Below, one piece after another: positions 14,664 through 29,300 of a DNA stretch of 64,000 bases; position 1 is the stretch's first letter; every line of letters begins with the position of its first letter. Where the stretch lies: the NCBI GenBank assembly GCA_951406725.2, contig OX597818.1:46252001-46316000 (forward strand), read 5' to 3'. Position numbers and translations under genes: made by a program. The notes beneath the pieces were generated by a model. The model was not told the DNA's origin. It was given only the letters and a program-made list of their open reading frames with translations, and made no database searches. Source of the stretch: Octopus vulgaris. Taxonomy: Eukaryota.

Positions 14664-17460
14664 TTGTCCCTCCAACATCACTTGACAACCGATGCTGGTG
14701 TGTTCACATCCCTGTAACTTAGCAGTTCAGCAAAAGATACTGATAGAATAAGTGCTAAGCTTACAAAGAATAAGTTTTGGGGTTGATTTGCTCAACTAAA
14801 GGCAGTGCTCCAGCATGGCCACAGTCAAATAACTGAAACAAGTAAAAGAGTAACATGTGTATCATCATCATCATCGATTAACATCCATTTTCCATGCTGG
14901 CATGGGTTGGACTATATATATATATATATATATGCATGCATTCATGCATCTGATCGTGTGTGTATGTGTTTGTCTTGACATCACATGATAGCTGTCAACA
15001 AGCATCACCAACATACAAAGGATGTGATTCATTTGTTGTCTTTTGTGAAAGAAAAAAACCATATCTAACCAAGGGGTAATATCTTGCATGGAGACAGGTG
15101 CTGGTTCGCAACAGGAAGGGCATCTGAGCATGCTAGCTTTGAAATGTGGACATTAAAACAATGATGGTGATGACCACAACACTGATGATAATTACTTTAC
15201 AGCCTTACAAACAACATCTGACACAATACAACTCAAGCTATTTAGTTTACAAAGAGCAGTAAACGTTTTTTTCTGATTAACACGAGCATGTCATAACAAT
15301 ATGAAGAAACCAGTCAGTAACCTGTGCCAATCGTAGCAAGGCAAATATTTTTTAGTTGTTAGAGATCCACTAAGAAGTGTTGTTATCTCGAAATGAAATA
15401 ACAGTTCCTTTTCCACATTAGCCAGGACATTACAAATTCGACTTTTGTAAAGGAGACATCTCACCCTAGATCTCACCTACTGTAGTGACACTACTATTAA
15501 CCTCATTAAACTGTTAGTGAAGAAAGCAATTCAAACTTATTGACAAACCCATATATGGGTAAGTTTTTCAGAACATTAGAACAAGAAACTCATATGTAGG
15601 TTAGAAAACCCATCCTCCATAACAGAATTGATATCCTAAAACCACAGTGCCATGTAAAAATGTACTGGTGCTACATAAAAAGCACAGGTGATGGTACCAT
15701 GTAAAAAACTGTAGTAAAAAGCACTGGTGCTGGTGCCACATAAAAAGTATCCAGTGCCCTCTGTAAAGTGTTTGGCATTAGGAAGGGCATCCAGTTGTAG
15801 AAACCAAGCCAAAAGCAAGGTATAGGACCTGGTGTTGGCCCTAACTTTGCCAGTTCTGTCAGGCCATCCAACCCATGCCAGCATGGGAAACAGACATTAA
15901 ATGATGATGGTAGCGGTGGTGGTGGTGTAAAGTGCTTATCAAGGAAACTGTAAGTTACATGTTAACAACTCAAGACTAAGCCAGGGTCACAAGGCATACA
16001 GTCTTTAAAACCTGTGGAAACTTTAAATGTAAGCCTTGTGGTTACAATACAGTAAAAGTTGATGTTTATTATTGGCCAAATCTAAATATGTAAACTTAGA
16101 TAATTAGGTTTCTCAGTATAATTCCTGGACAAAATGAAAATGAAAATCATTGATATTTTATTAATTAAGCATGTCTGAGAACCAGTGACCAATTAATATC
16201 ACTACACAATTCTCTGTAACAAGTTCCATCAATACTCATAGAAATAGCGATACAAACAATGAGACATTGTCCTTGAAGACAATAGAAACAGAAAATTCAC
16301 TTCATGAAACTCACTGGTCTTGAAGGTTCTGCAAAGGTCATGGGTATTGTCCTTCCTTCTAGACTTTATGAGTAAACAGGAAATTGAAAACAGTGAAGTA
16401 AAAAGATAAAGAGCAACACCCACAATAATAATCCTTTTTACTAGGCACCAGACCTGTAATTTTGTGCGAGTGGGGACAGTCCATTACATCAACCCCAGTG
16501 CTCAACTGGTACTTCTTTCATTGACCCAAAAATGATAAAAGATACAGTTGACCTTAACTGAATTTGAACTCTGAATGTACAGCCAGAAGGAATGCTGCTA
16601 AGTATTTTTGTTTGGCATGGTAACAATTCTGCCAGATTGCTGCCTTAACCCTTTCGTTACTGTATTTATTTTGAGATGCTCTGTGTTTCATTCAATTAAT
16701 TTTAATTATAACAAGGAATTTAGCAAAAGAACTTAGTTATCATTAGGCTAGTATTGGGAACACAAATTGTGACTTAGGTTTGGTGGAAGATTTTAATTCA
16801 ATACTTATGAAAGTAAGACATTTGTACTACAGAGCCAGAGGCGGTTTTGGCCGGGTTGGTATCAAAAGGGTTAATAATGATAATAATATATAGTTTAACC
16901 CAAATGTAATTATAAAGAGGTGTTGACTGAATATATGTAATAAATCTATTATTTTCATGACTTTTCCGTTACAGATCACATGACTAAAGTAAAATATTAT
17001 TAGTTGAGTGAGTAAGGGAGATAACTTTGAATGTGTCTGAATTCATACATGTCAATAGAAGTACCATATTTGATGGAATATAAGATGCATTGTGTTCCAA
17101 AAAGATGTCTCAAAAAATCACCCCTGGTCCTGTATGTGGAGTTGAACCTCCCATATCCTAATTTTTTCCCTGACACTTGCTTTTTCCTGAACATGCACTG
17201 CTGAAATTGGGATGCATCTAATATGTCTGTGCATCTTTTATTCTATCAAATACAAATATAACTGAGAAACAAAGCAATGAGTTGGAATGAATATAATTAT
17301 TATTGTTGTTGTGGTTTTGGTAGAATCGTCAAAATATTGGAATAAATGCTTTGTGGTATTTTCTCCTTAGTTCAAAGCTGAAGTGAACTTTGCCTTCCAT
17401 CTTTTTGGGGGTTCATAGAATAGAGTACTTCTCCAAAACTTCCAGTTTTGAGCCTATGTA

Positions 17461-17496
<36 letters not shown>

Positions 17497-17698
17497 TTCT
17501 TTTATTAGCAAGAGGGACATAAAATGAGTGGGAACATCACAAGGACAGAATACATAAAGGAAAGGAAGGAAGAAATGGGAAAATGATTGAAATGTGATAG
17601 AAGTATACATCAGTCACTCTGTGTGGCACCTTGAGCAATTGCCTTCTACTATAGCCTTGGAATGCTAACAATTCTGCCAGCTCACTGCCTTAACAATA

Positions 17699-17741
<43 letters not shown>

Positions 17742-20299
17742 TTTTTAAAAGATTGACATTCCATTTTAATGTACTGCATTTCTTGGCCATATTCATCAGT
17801 GAAGATGAGAAACTTTGAGAAGATGAGAGAAAACACTTGAATTTAAAACAGGAGAAGAAAAAGTAGGATGGGAATAAAGTAGCAGAAAATGGAGTGGGGG
17901 AGCAACAGATTGTCTGTAATGCAAAGGAAAGACGAATCAATAAATACAGGGGTCTGATGGGCTGCTATCAGTTTGTGTTGGTCACTGCTGAGACCTCAGC
18001 TGTTCTCAGATCCTGCACTACTGTTTTTGTCTGCAAAATTGGGATAATGGTAGCCTGTCTGAGAATGAACCCTACAAGGTGAAGTGGCTGCTGTAGCAAG
18101 TGTCACTAGCCATTCTCTGCAGCAATACCATTGTGGTCATATCTGTGGGATGTATCTGAACATGCCATTTATTCTGGGGTGTGTGGCCCATTACTCCCTC
18201 TCCCACCATCTTTTATTTCTTTTTTCTGTTTCTTGTTTCCTTGTAATTAAATTGTAATAAATAAAGTTCACCAATATTTTAAAATTAGACACAGTATTTT
18301 TTTAGCTAGAAATCTCTCAATATGTTACTGTTGGATTTATATTTAACCAAATTTAAATTCGGTTCTTTTGTATTTAAAAAATTTTCTTGCAAGGTTGCAC
18401 CTGAGAATACTTTAGTTGCATTCCAATTAGCTGCGAACCAAAGTGTCTATGGATTTGAGTCAGACGTACGAATAAGGTAAATTACATTGTTTCTTTCTAC
18501 ATTTTGAAATATAAATTCTGTAAGTTATTTCTCAGTTATGACCCATTCCTGATAACTGGTGATTCAGTTTTCCCTACTAGAAATATTTGTGGTTAAATGA
18601 GATGCTGTAATAGCTGTGTGGTCAAGAAGTTCACTTCTCAACCATATGGTTTTGGGTTCAATCCATCTGTACAGCAATTTGGGCAAGTGTCTTTTATTAT
18701 AGTCCTGGATTAACCAATGATTTGTTAGTTAAATTGATACATGGAATCTGTACAAAGTCTGTGTGTGTGTGTGTTTACATTCTGCACTTGAATGAAAATA
18801 TGCTGAACCAGAGTCATTGTTGTCTGCTGTCAATTCCCTGTAAACAAATCATTTGGCAGCTATGCTTTCAAAGACATGTGCAATGAAAACTCCCATTAAA
18901 AACAGGTGAGAATTAGTGACAGAAAATGACTCTCTGTCACCGTCCAGTTCCATTATTATCAATTTGAATTGGGAGCTTGTCTCATAGTTGATTACAGAAC
19001 CATGGATGCCATCCCTATGGACACATTACAGTTACTCTCTTGATAGAGTTTGGTGATCCTATTTCAAGAGTTATTGCTCATTCACTACCACCACATCCAA
19101 CCCATCGACTGTCTACAAATGCATTGAAACATGCATATACAGCCATTACCTTTTTTTCTGTCTTTGGTTGCATTGTTTTTGTAAATGTATTTGTATACAA
19201 AACATTGTAACTTTCAGTGGTGGCTCTGAACTCTATAGAAAATCAATAGAGATAAGATTAAAAATGAGAACATCACACTGTTGAAACAAAAAGCATGATA
19301 GTATTGACTTTTGAACCTTTAATACACTCGGTAGTATATTATGGTTGCAAAACAAAATACAGTTTCCTTGCTAGCCATTGATATTTACACACTGTTTGCC
19401 AGGAATGTGTTTAATATGTAAATTGGTCTATCCAGTAGTGTTACACTGCTAAACTTAGAGAGTATTTAAGCAGTGTATTTGTGGATGGTTGAATGTGGTA
19501 CTGATGAAAGAACAAGAACACTTGAAATATGCATATACACTCATTACTTATTTTGCTATCTTCAATCACATAGTTTAAGTGGCTCTGAAGCTCTGAAGTC
19601 TATAAATAATCTGTACAGATAATCTTAAATATATATATATACGTTATATATATATATAATATAATATAATATAATACAATATAGTATAATATAAATGAGT
19701 AACAAAGATTTACAGGTGTCAATTCATTATGGCTGTTTCAAGTGACTCCTTTAATTGATTAATGGAAACATTACATGCCAGCAGCTGATATCTTCACTTA
19801 GCTGGGCTGTGTTGTCTGCACATACAGCAAGAATATCAGGTACAGACATCCCTGCATAGAGTCTTGATATTCAATAGCCAATTAATATTGTTTGGGTGTG
19901 TGGATTATACTGACCTAGCAAGATTCCTTAATTTAAGTACTTAATTCAACAGAACCTTAATTACATGTGTGTGTGTGTGTGTGTGTAGTGGAAGAAAAAG
20001 GAATCTATATTTATATATATTAGAAGAATCTATATTTATATATATTAGAAGAAAAAGAACTATACACACAGAAAGTAAGAAAATGGAGATATAACATTTA
20101 ATAATAATTTATTATCTGCAAAATTTTTTGCAGGTAATGAATTTTATCAAATGCTTTATCTCCAATTTCTTACTTTCTTGTGAATGATTATAAACCTATT
20201 GTTTCATGAGTATTATTATTCACAACAAATATTAGTTATTGAACCAGTAATTCATTGAATGATACTATCCCTTAATGAGGCTAATTTAACCTCTAATTG

Positions 20300-20393
<94 letters not shown>

Positions 20394-23300
20394 TGATTGA
20401 TTGATTGATTCCAGTTCCAGCCTATGAGCTGTGGCCATGCTGGGGCACCGCCATTTCTTATATATATATAAATTTAAAATAATAAGGGTGAAAAATTGAA
20501 TATTAATTTGATTAATATCAATTTAAAACCAGTGGTCTAGCATATAGAAAAATCTAAAAATTCAGAAAAATTATATTACATACATATAAGAGGGATGACC
20601 ACTAAGTGGACATCCTTTATGCTAGAAGTCGACCCTTTATACTCTTACCACTAAGAAAGGAATGTTCTCAAGAAAATTTAGCAAATGCCAGAACGTAAGT
20701 GAGCAAGACAAATGAAAAGATGCAAAATATATATTTTGTATCTTTTCATTTGACTTGCTCGCTTATGTTCTGGCATTTGCTAAATTTTCTTGAGAACATT
20801 CCTTTCATAGTTGTAAGACCATAGGGGGTCGACTTCTAGCATAAAGGATGTCCATTTAGTGGTCATCCCTCTTATATGTATGTAATTATATATATTTATA
20901 TATATATATATATACTGCCCAGGTGTCAGAACCATAATGATATCCATGGGGCAGCTGATGATGGAGGTATGTTGGATTGTTGGTATGGCTGTTTTTGTAT
21001 ATGTGGAATAACGTTATAACACATCCTTTTGATTGAGGTGAGCTGTGTGAAGAAGTGTCACTCTCTAACAGTGGAAAGAACCTGTGGAAGAGGGAGACCC
21101 AAAAAGACATGGGATGAAGTGGTGAAGCACAATCTTTGATTGTTGCGCCTCACAGAGGCAATAAGAGACCGAAACCTCTGGAGATATACTGGAGACCCAG
21201 CAAGTAAAGTGAGGTCACAACTGTAGCCTATACCAGCGGCTCATAACCAGCCCATTTAAAAATTACCTTTGAATCGTTGAGCAACATGCCATGCTTGAGA
21301 AGACCTATTGAGTCAAGTAAAATCAAAATCACAATCCGAATCTCAAATCGAAATCAAAGATGGAAATTGTAGTTGTGGCTGATGCCAGTGCTGCCTGACT
21401 GACTCCTGGGCTGGTGGCATGCAATAAGCACCATTCATGTGTGGGTCGTTGCCAGTGCTGCCTGACTGGCTCCCAGTGTCGGTGGCATGTAAAAAGCACC
21501 TACTACACTCTCAGTGTGGTTGGTATTAGGAAGGGCATCTATCTGTAGAAATATTGCCAGATCAGATTGGAGCCTGGTGCAGCCTCCTGGCTTGCCAGTC
21601 CCCAGTCAAACCATCCAACCCATGCCAACATGGAAAACAGACGTTAAATGATGATGATGATGATGATAATAATGATTCTATTTTGGAACATCTTGAAACA
21701 TATATAAAACTATAAATGCCAGCATGTAATTATTGGCATAGAAATTCGCTTTACAACCATGGTGTCCTGGGCTCAGTCTTACTGCATGGCAGCTTAGACA
21801 GCTGATTTTCCCATAGTCTCACATCAGCCCATTTTTTGTGAGTGAAATTGGGTAGGCTTAAACTGTATACAAGGCCTGGATTGTACCTGTGACTAAATAG
21901 TGCAGCCTTGTCACATACTCCGTCATACTAATTCTGCATAAGAATAATCAGCTATTACACAGTAAATTTTTCTTGTTTTTCCTTTTTCAATGGTGATGTA
22001 TTCTATATATACAAATGCTTTCTCAAATAAAATTGTACTTCATTTTTGAAACTTCAACAAAGTTATAGGGTGATACCCAAGCACTTCAAAACTATGCAGC
22101 CAGACCTCCACCCATAAACAATCTAAATATCTATTATCCATAACTCTGTGTGTGTGTGTATGGTTTAGTGAAGGTAGATGGCTTGGGGGTTTGGATATTT
22201 AACTCATGATTGTAAGGTTGTGAGTTTGGTTTCAGATGGCATGTTGTGTCCTTAAGCAAAACACTTTATTTTGCATTGCTCCAGTTCACTCAGCAAAAAT
22301 GTATTGTATTTCAACAGGCCAGTTTTGCCACATTCTGTGTTACTCTTAACCTCCTGGAGAGCTACATTAAGTGAATGTGTGTCTGTAGAGTGCTCATCCA
22401 CTTGGCATGTTAATTCCATGAGCAGGCTGCTCTGTTGATCAGATCAAGTGGGGCCCTTGTAATATAGTATGTGCGTGGTTAGAAGTGATAGTAAGGAAGT
22501 TTGACCACAAATAATCATACATGTGTCATTTGAAATATTTTCTTACTTACAGTTCTGATGGAATTCCATTTATTTTACATGACGATACGTTACGACGGAC
22601 AACCAATATTGAAGAAGTATATCCTGACCGAGTGGATGATGATGCTTCTATGTTTAAATTTGCTGAATTGCGAAAACTCAACGCTGGAAGTTGGTTTTTG
22701 GAGGTAAGTTATCTAAGAACATTTAAAGTTTCTTGTATGGACTTTATTTTTTAATAAGTTTTATTTATTTCTAAAATTTTCTGAAAATATTCATAAATAT
22801 AGAAATACAAATTTCTTATGATTATCAGAGAAAGGTTGGACCTAAGAAACATCAAATGTGGTGTGCAAGAGAGACGACTGCGCTGGTATGGTCATGTGGC
22901 GAGAATGGATGTGGATAGCTGTGTGAAAAAGTGCCACACCCTAGCAGTTGAGGGAACCTGTGGAAGAGGTAGACCCAGGAAGACCTGGGATGAGGTGGTG
23001 AAGCATGACCTTCAAACATTGGGCCTCACCGAGGCAATGACTAGTGACCGGGATCTCTGGAAATATGCTGTGCTGCAGAAGACTCGGCAAGCACAAGTGT
23101 GACCATAACCTTGTGGCCTATGCTAGGGGGTAACCAGTCCACTTATGCGTGCCTTTTCTTCATCGGACACTAAACTCTGCTTGTGAAGACCAGTTGAGGC
23201 AAGTGAAATCGAAGTCAAAATCAAACTCGGTGACTGGCATCCGTTGCTAGTGGAGTGCTAAGAGTACCATACGAGTGAGATTGTTGCCAGAGCAACAAAC

Positions 23301-26300
23301 TGGCCTTCGTGCCGGTGGCACGTTAAGCACACCATTCGAGCGTGATCGTTACCACGTTGCCTTACTAGCACTTGTGCTGGTGGCACATGAAACATTCGAG
23401 CGAGGACATCGCCAGTGTCGCTGGACTGGCTCCTGTGCATCCAAAAAGCACCATTTGGATGTCGCCATGGCCAGTACCACCAAACTGGCCCTCGAGAGTC
23501 TTTAGGTGAACAGATGCACACAATTGGGTGTGTGCATCAACAGCTCAATCAACGCACCAGCTCAACCTCATATTTACAAACACTGGGAATTCTTTTGACA
23601 AAAAATGTCTTGTTGCTTTGTTAATAACGAGCTTGAAGTCTCTTAGGAAGAAAATAATTAAGGCTCAAAGAAAAATCATATACATACACACAGTGAACAA
23701 TAAAAATGAAAATGCAAGAGGAACAAATTTTAACAAATGCAGTGTTAGCCTAATGCTTCAATGAAAAGAGAGAATGTCTTAATGTTTTGGACAATAGTCC
23801 TCTATCAGAAGAAAAGCATATAGGGGAGTGAGAAAGAGAAGTATCCAATAAAAAGAAACAGACAAAGGGTTAGAAACCAAGTGGGAATGCTGTGATATCA
23901 TAGGGGAGTTCAAAAGGAAGAGGTAGGTGTGTAGGTGTAAGTATATTGAATGCATCCATGTCTGGAAAGAAGCATAAAGGGGTAGCAGTGTGTGTGTGTC
24001 AGTGTGGTGTATGTGTATAGGGTTGTGCAAGTGTGGAAACATCCTTGTAGTTGATGATGAAAATCATTCAGTGTCCCAAATGCTACATAACTCTATTGTA
24101 CCAACTCAAATCCAGGAATTGTATATATTTCTACCTGATCATTGTAGACTGAACCACAAGAGAAACAGGAAATGTGTGTGACTGTGAAATATGTTTTAAT
24201 TTCACTATGTCAGAAATAAATTTTGATAAATTCATTTCTTGGATGCATTCTATGGGTTATTGTCATGTTCTGGTAGTGGGTGGATCCAGCACATCGAGAT
24301 TGTAGGGTATGGCATGTTCAGTACCGTGTATGCCTTCCCTGGGTGCTCAGAACGGCCATACACCATTGGTACATGGAGTGCATGAGGCAGTTCACAAAAG
24401 CCATTGGCACCTGTGCTCACACCCTGTGGAAAGCTGCCTCCAGTTCCACATGAGTTGACAGCCTTGGGACCACCTGATTCAGCCGTCTCTGGATTTCATC
24501 CAACAGGTGTTCAATTGGGTGTAAATCTGGGCTGAGAGCTGACCACAACATGGTTCCAATGTTGTGCTGATGCAGGAAGTTTATGGTAGCCTTGGCCATG
24601 TAGGAGGGTGTTTTGTCCTATGGTGATGCATGAAGAAGGGTATGATGTGAGGTCTTAGGATCTGGTCAATGTAGCTCTGTGATGCCATTCCTTCTGCCTG
24701 CACCAATATTTTGGAACACATAGGGCTTAATTCTCTGATTCAGGCCTATAGCACCCCAAACCATGATGCTTTGGCTACTCCACACATTTCTCTCCATGAC
24801 ACATGCATCTCTGTAGCATTCACCCCTCCTATGCCACACCCTCACTCTGCCATCCTAGGTAGAAACGCAGTACTGACTCTCGTCAGAGAAGACTATCGAC
24901 TTCCATTGTTGATGCCATTAATGTCGGTGCTGTGTAACCCACTGTAGTCGTGTCTGATAGTGGTGGGCGGTGAGGACAGGCTCTTGAGCAGGACAATGGC
25001 AATGCAGGTTGTTGGCAGCCAGTCGATATCATACAATGTCATTGCTGATGGCTTGCTGTCCAGTGCCAATGGTCTTGTGAGCTGTCACATGAGCCAGTCT
25101 GAAGCAATCACAGAGGTGTTGCAGGTAGATGAAGCAGTCCTGGCTTGGCGTGGTTGCCCAGGGTGCATCTGCTGTGAGCACAGTCTGCATTGCTGTTGAT
25201 GTTGTTGTATCGGTGTTGCAAGTGAGAGATGGTGCTGACATGGACATTGTTAGCTTTCGCAACAACCAGGTCATGCTGCCCTGCTTGCAGTTGGCCAATA
25301 GCTTGTTCTTTCTGCGCTGCTGACAATCAAGTCATATGTGATGTGTCCAGATTACGAATGCCAGGAATGCAGTTCAAGTTGATTGTCATACACATAACCT
25401 CCACAAGATGCATGTGCATTTCAGTTTTCATGACAGTTGTTTGCAACTGCCACCCGTGGCATTCAACGCAGCTGCATTTTGGTGTTTTGTTTCAGGGAAA
25501 GTGGAAAAGTTACCTGCAATTTGAGTCTCAGCCATAGACCAGCATGTCTTGAAAACAAATTTTCAGAATTTACCATATGAAAATGACATTTGGGAAAAAT
25601 TGTGTTTCTTTTGCAGTTCAGTGTATATTTACTAGACTCCTTACATCTACTTGCTGGCACTTTTTATTCATTTAAACCAGTTATATAATTAAATATTCTG
25701 CAGTTGCTTTCTGTGATAACTGATAATTAACCATGCTAAAATTATTGAAATTGATTAATAATTATAGATATGACTCACTTTCAGTTTTGATACCAGCAAT
25801 TTGTTATACCACATCCAAAGTATGGTTAAAAAGTAATACTTTCCCAGCTTAGTGGCTAATAATAGAGTTCAGAAAAAAGTGTGGATGATACACTCTCAAT
25901 CTTAAAATGTCTACCAGTTATTTTCTCCCAAAACCAAAAATTTTACTAAACCGGATCATATTTTATATGATAATTTTCTTTCTCAAGTTTACTGTACTGA
26001 TCCTGTTTTCTTATATATATTTGTTTGCATATTAGGAAGATCCAATGGACGTTGTTGGATCTCTTACTGACAAAGCAAAGGAAATCTACAGTAACCAAAC
26101 CATTATGTCTTTGAAAGAATTGATTGACTTGGCACACATAACAGGAAAGAATATTTTAATAGATATACGATCCCCAGTCAAGGAAAATCGTTATAACGCT
26201 ACAGTTAATGAAAAAGTTGTTGATGTGATATTGAACACTGGAATTCCTCCTAAACAGGTAGATTTTTTTCTTTCGCTTTCTTATTGCTTGCATCTGTATG

Positions 26301-29300
26301 AAATATGCTAGTTTTGACATGTCAATTAGTTTCTGTTATTTATATGGTGATTGATGACACAGTTTTCTTCTTTCTATGGAGTGCTTTATGACCATTATTG
26401 ATATCCTGGATAAAAGTTTGCACATAAAATTGAAAGTTCTAGCAATATTAATACATTGCATTTTCTGGTATACAAGTTTGAATTTTTCAAACCAAAAGTT
26501 ACAGCCAAAAAAGATAGTCAACTTATGCTGGACAACTTTTGAGGACCAAAAGTTCTATGTGAAATGCAGCAGGATTTGGAATGAAATGTTTACACTGTTT
26601 ACACAATACATATTAACTTGTGTACTGGAAAATGCTGGACTTTCTTGTCAAAGATGATGTATAAGTATTCAGCTTTTTTGCCAAACAACCTGCACAAATG
26701 GATTGTGTATACTGATCTAATGAATGTGTTGTACATTAGCTCACTCCCTCCAACAAATCGATGTTGCCTGAACAGGCACATGATGTATCTCGTGTCAGGT
26801 GTTGAAGTGATCACAGAACAACATGAGATGAAGTGTTTTGCTCAAGACAACAATGCACAACATGGTCTAAGAATTGAAACCTCAATCTCACAATCCTGAA
26901 TGTAACACCCTAACCGGTAGTGTATGTGCTCTCAGGCTGGAAAATACAGTAGTTAATATTGCTAAAACTTATAACATGAATCTAGAGTGCTTTCCTTTTA
27001 TGCCATAATCTTCAAATTATTTATCTCCATGTAAAATTTTTAGCAACTACTGTTAGTAATATACTCTCCCTAGCTTGTGATTTTGCTAATATAATAGTTT
27101 GTAGTAGAGAGATGGTATTGTCTGTTGTCTAGTGTTGTATTCATAATGTTTAATGATGTTTGGTTGGCAGTAATTTTTTAATATTAGCTTTGACACATTT
27201 GGAAACATTAAACCAAACTTTTCTTCTAACACTTTTTAAACACAACTGCTTGTGCTATGATACGCTGTTTCTACTCTTCTATTATTGTCCCAAATCCTTT
27301 CTCTTTGACAAAGTATCCTTCCTTGAGGCAAGATTTGCATCTTGTGTTTCCTAACTTGTTTGTTTCCCAGCCTTCTATTCTACTCAGATCTTTTAAACAC
27401 AACTACTACGTCTGTAATTGATTTGTCCAATATGTAGTTAATATAATCCCAATTTAATGTGGTAAGTTAGCAGAATTGTTTGCATGCCAGGCAAAATGCA
27501 TAGCACTATTTTGTCTGCCTTTACATTCTGTGTTCAAATTCTTCTTTGCCTTTCATCCTTGCCAGAACAATAAAATAAGTACCAGTTGAGTTGCTGGGGG
27601 TCAATGTAATCAACTTACCCACCTCCCCTGGAATTGCTGACCTTGTGCCAAAATTTAAAACCATTATAATCCCAACTAATTTTATGAATAACCTTTTGTC
27701 CTCTGTTTCACTTTTTATAGATTTGGTGGTTCTCAAAAGTCTATCATTCAGCATATACCACCAATTTTACACAAACTGGGACAAGTTATCTACCAGTTGA
27801 AGATCTCGTAAAATTGCATATCTCTAATTTCAATGCTAGGTATGATTCACTTAGTGAAGATGAAATCCTGTAAGTTTTAATCTTTCTTATTTTTTTTTAT
27901 AGCTTTGTCAATTTATCGTTATTCTTTTTCTCTATACTTATTTATCTCATGCTTCATTACTCAGTTATTCTTGCTTTTTTTTCTTCTCAAATTTCATTTT
28001 CTTGTTCATACTCTTTGAATTTACAATTTAAGTTAATTTACCCTGAACATTCAAGCAAACATTAAAAATGCTGCTGCAGTTAATGTCTTCATTGTATATA
28101 CTTTGAATTCTTTACCAATTTGATTCTGGTATTTACCTGTTATTTACACTGTTGAGAATCACAGCTGACCAAATTAATAAGCTTGATATGTTACTGGTCG
28201 TCAGTAGTTTATAGTAATTATCATCATCGTTTAACATCTGTTTTCCATGCTGGCATGGGTTGGATGGCTTGACAGGAGCTGGCCAGCCGGAGAGTTGTCC
28301 AAGCTCCAATTGTCTGTTTTGACATGGTTTCTATGGCTGGATGCCCTTCCTAACACTAACCGCTTTACTGAGTGTGCTGAGTGCTTTCTACGTGGAACCA
28401 GCATGAGCGCATTTTATGTGGCACCAGCATGAGTGCATTTTACATGGTACTGGCACCTGCAAGTCAAACACCTTTTGGCTGAGAGAGAGGGAGCATGGGT
28501 GTGGCCATAAAGGACATCCCTATATGTATGGATGGGTGAGATTTTACTTAGCTCAACGTGTTTTCTGAGGTGCAGTGAATTGCCACAAGTTTTGGTCCTT
28601 CGTCATCTCCTCATTGAGGCCCAGCATCTGAAGATCCTTTCTTGCCACTTCATTCCATGTCTTTTTAGGTCTATCCTTTCTACAGATTTCTAGTAAAGAT
28701 ATTTAATCATTTAAACTGATATACCAACGGAATGGTTAACTCACTTGATACCGTATTTCTGTCAAAATACACTGCCATTTTTTCAATTAATTTTGAAATA
28801 ATGAAGAATTTAGTAAAATAATTTTATCATTATTAAGCTGGTGTGTGGAACATAAATTAACAGAACAATTTGAAGGAATGTATAGATTTAGATCACATTA
28901 ACCCTTTAACATTTCAACCAACCATATTTGACACAAATATCCTACCTGTTTTATGTTCAAACTGGCCAAAACTAGTCTCTCACATCTACCCTGTAATGTC
29001 ATTCAAAAAATAAGCAATCTAAATAAATAAGCATTACATTTGAAATCTGAATACATTTGAATCTGAATGCTAATGAGTTAAACATGAAGTATGTATGATA
29101 GAACTGGTGGTAGTCTCTGGTGGGTTGTTACCAAAAGAGTTAATGCCAGATATCTCAATTCAGGGATTCATCTTTTATCTTTTATTTGTTTCATTTATTA
29201 GACTATGGTCATGCTGGGGCACCAACTTGAAGAATTTTAGTCAAGCAAATCAACCCCAGTCCTTAGTTTTGGGGGGGTTTTTTTGTTAAACTTGGCACTT

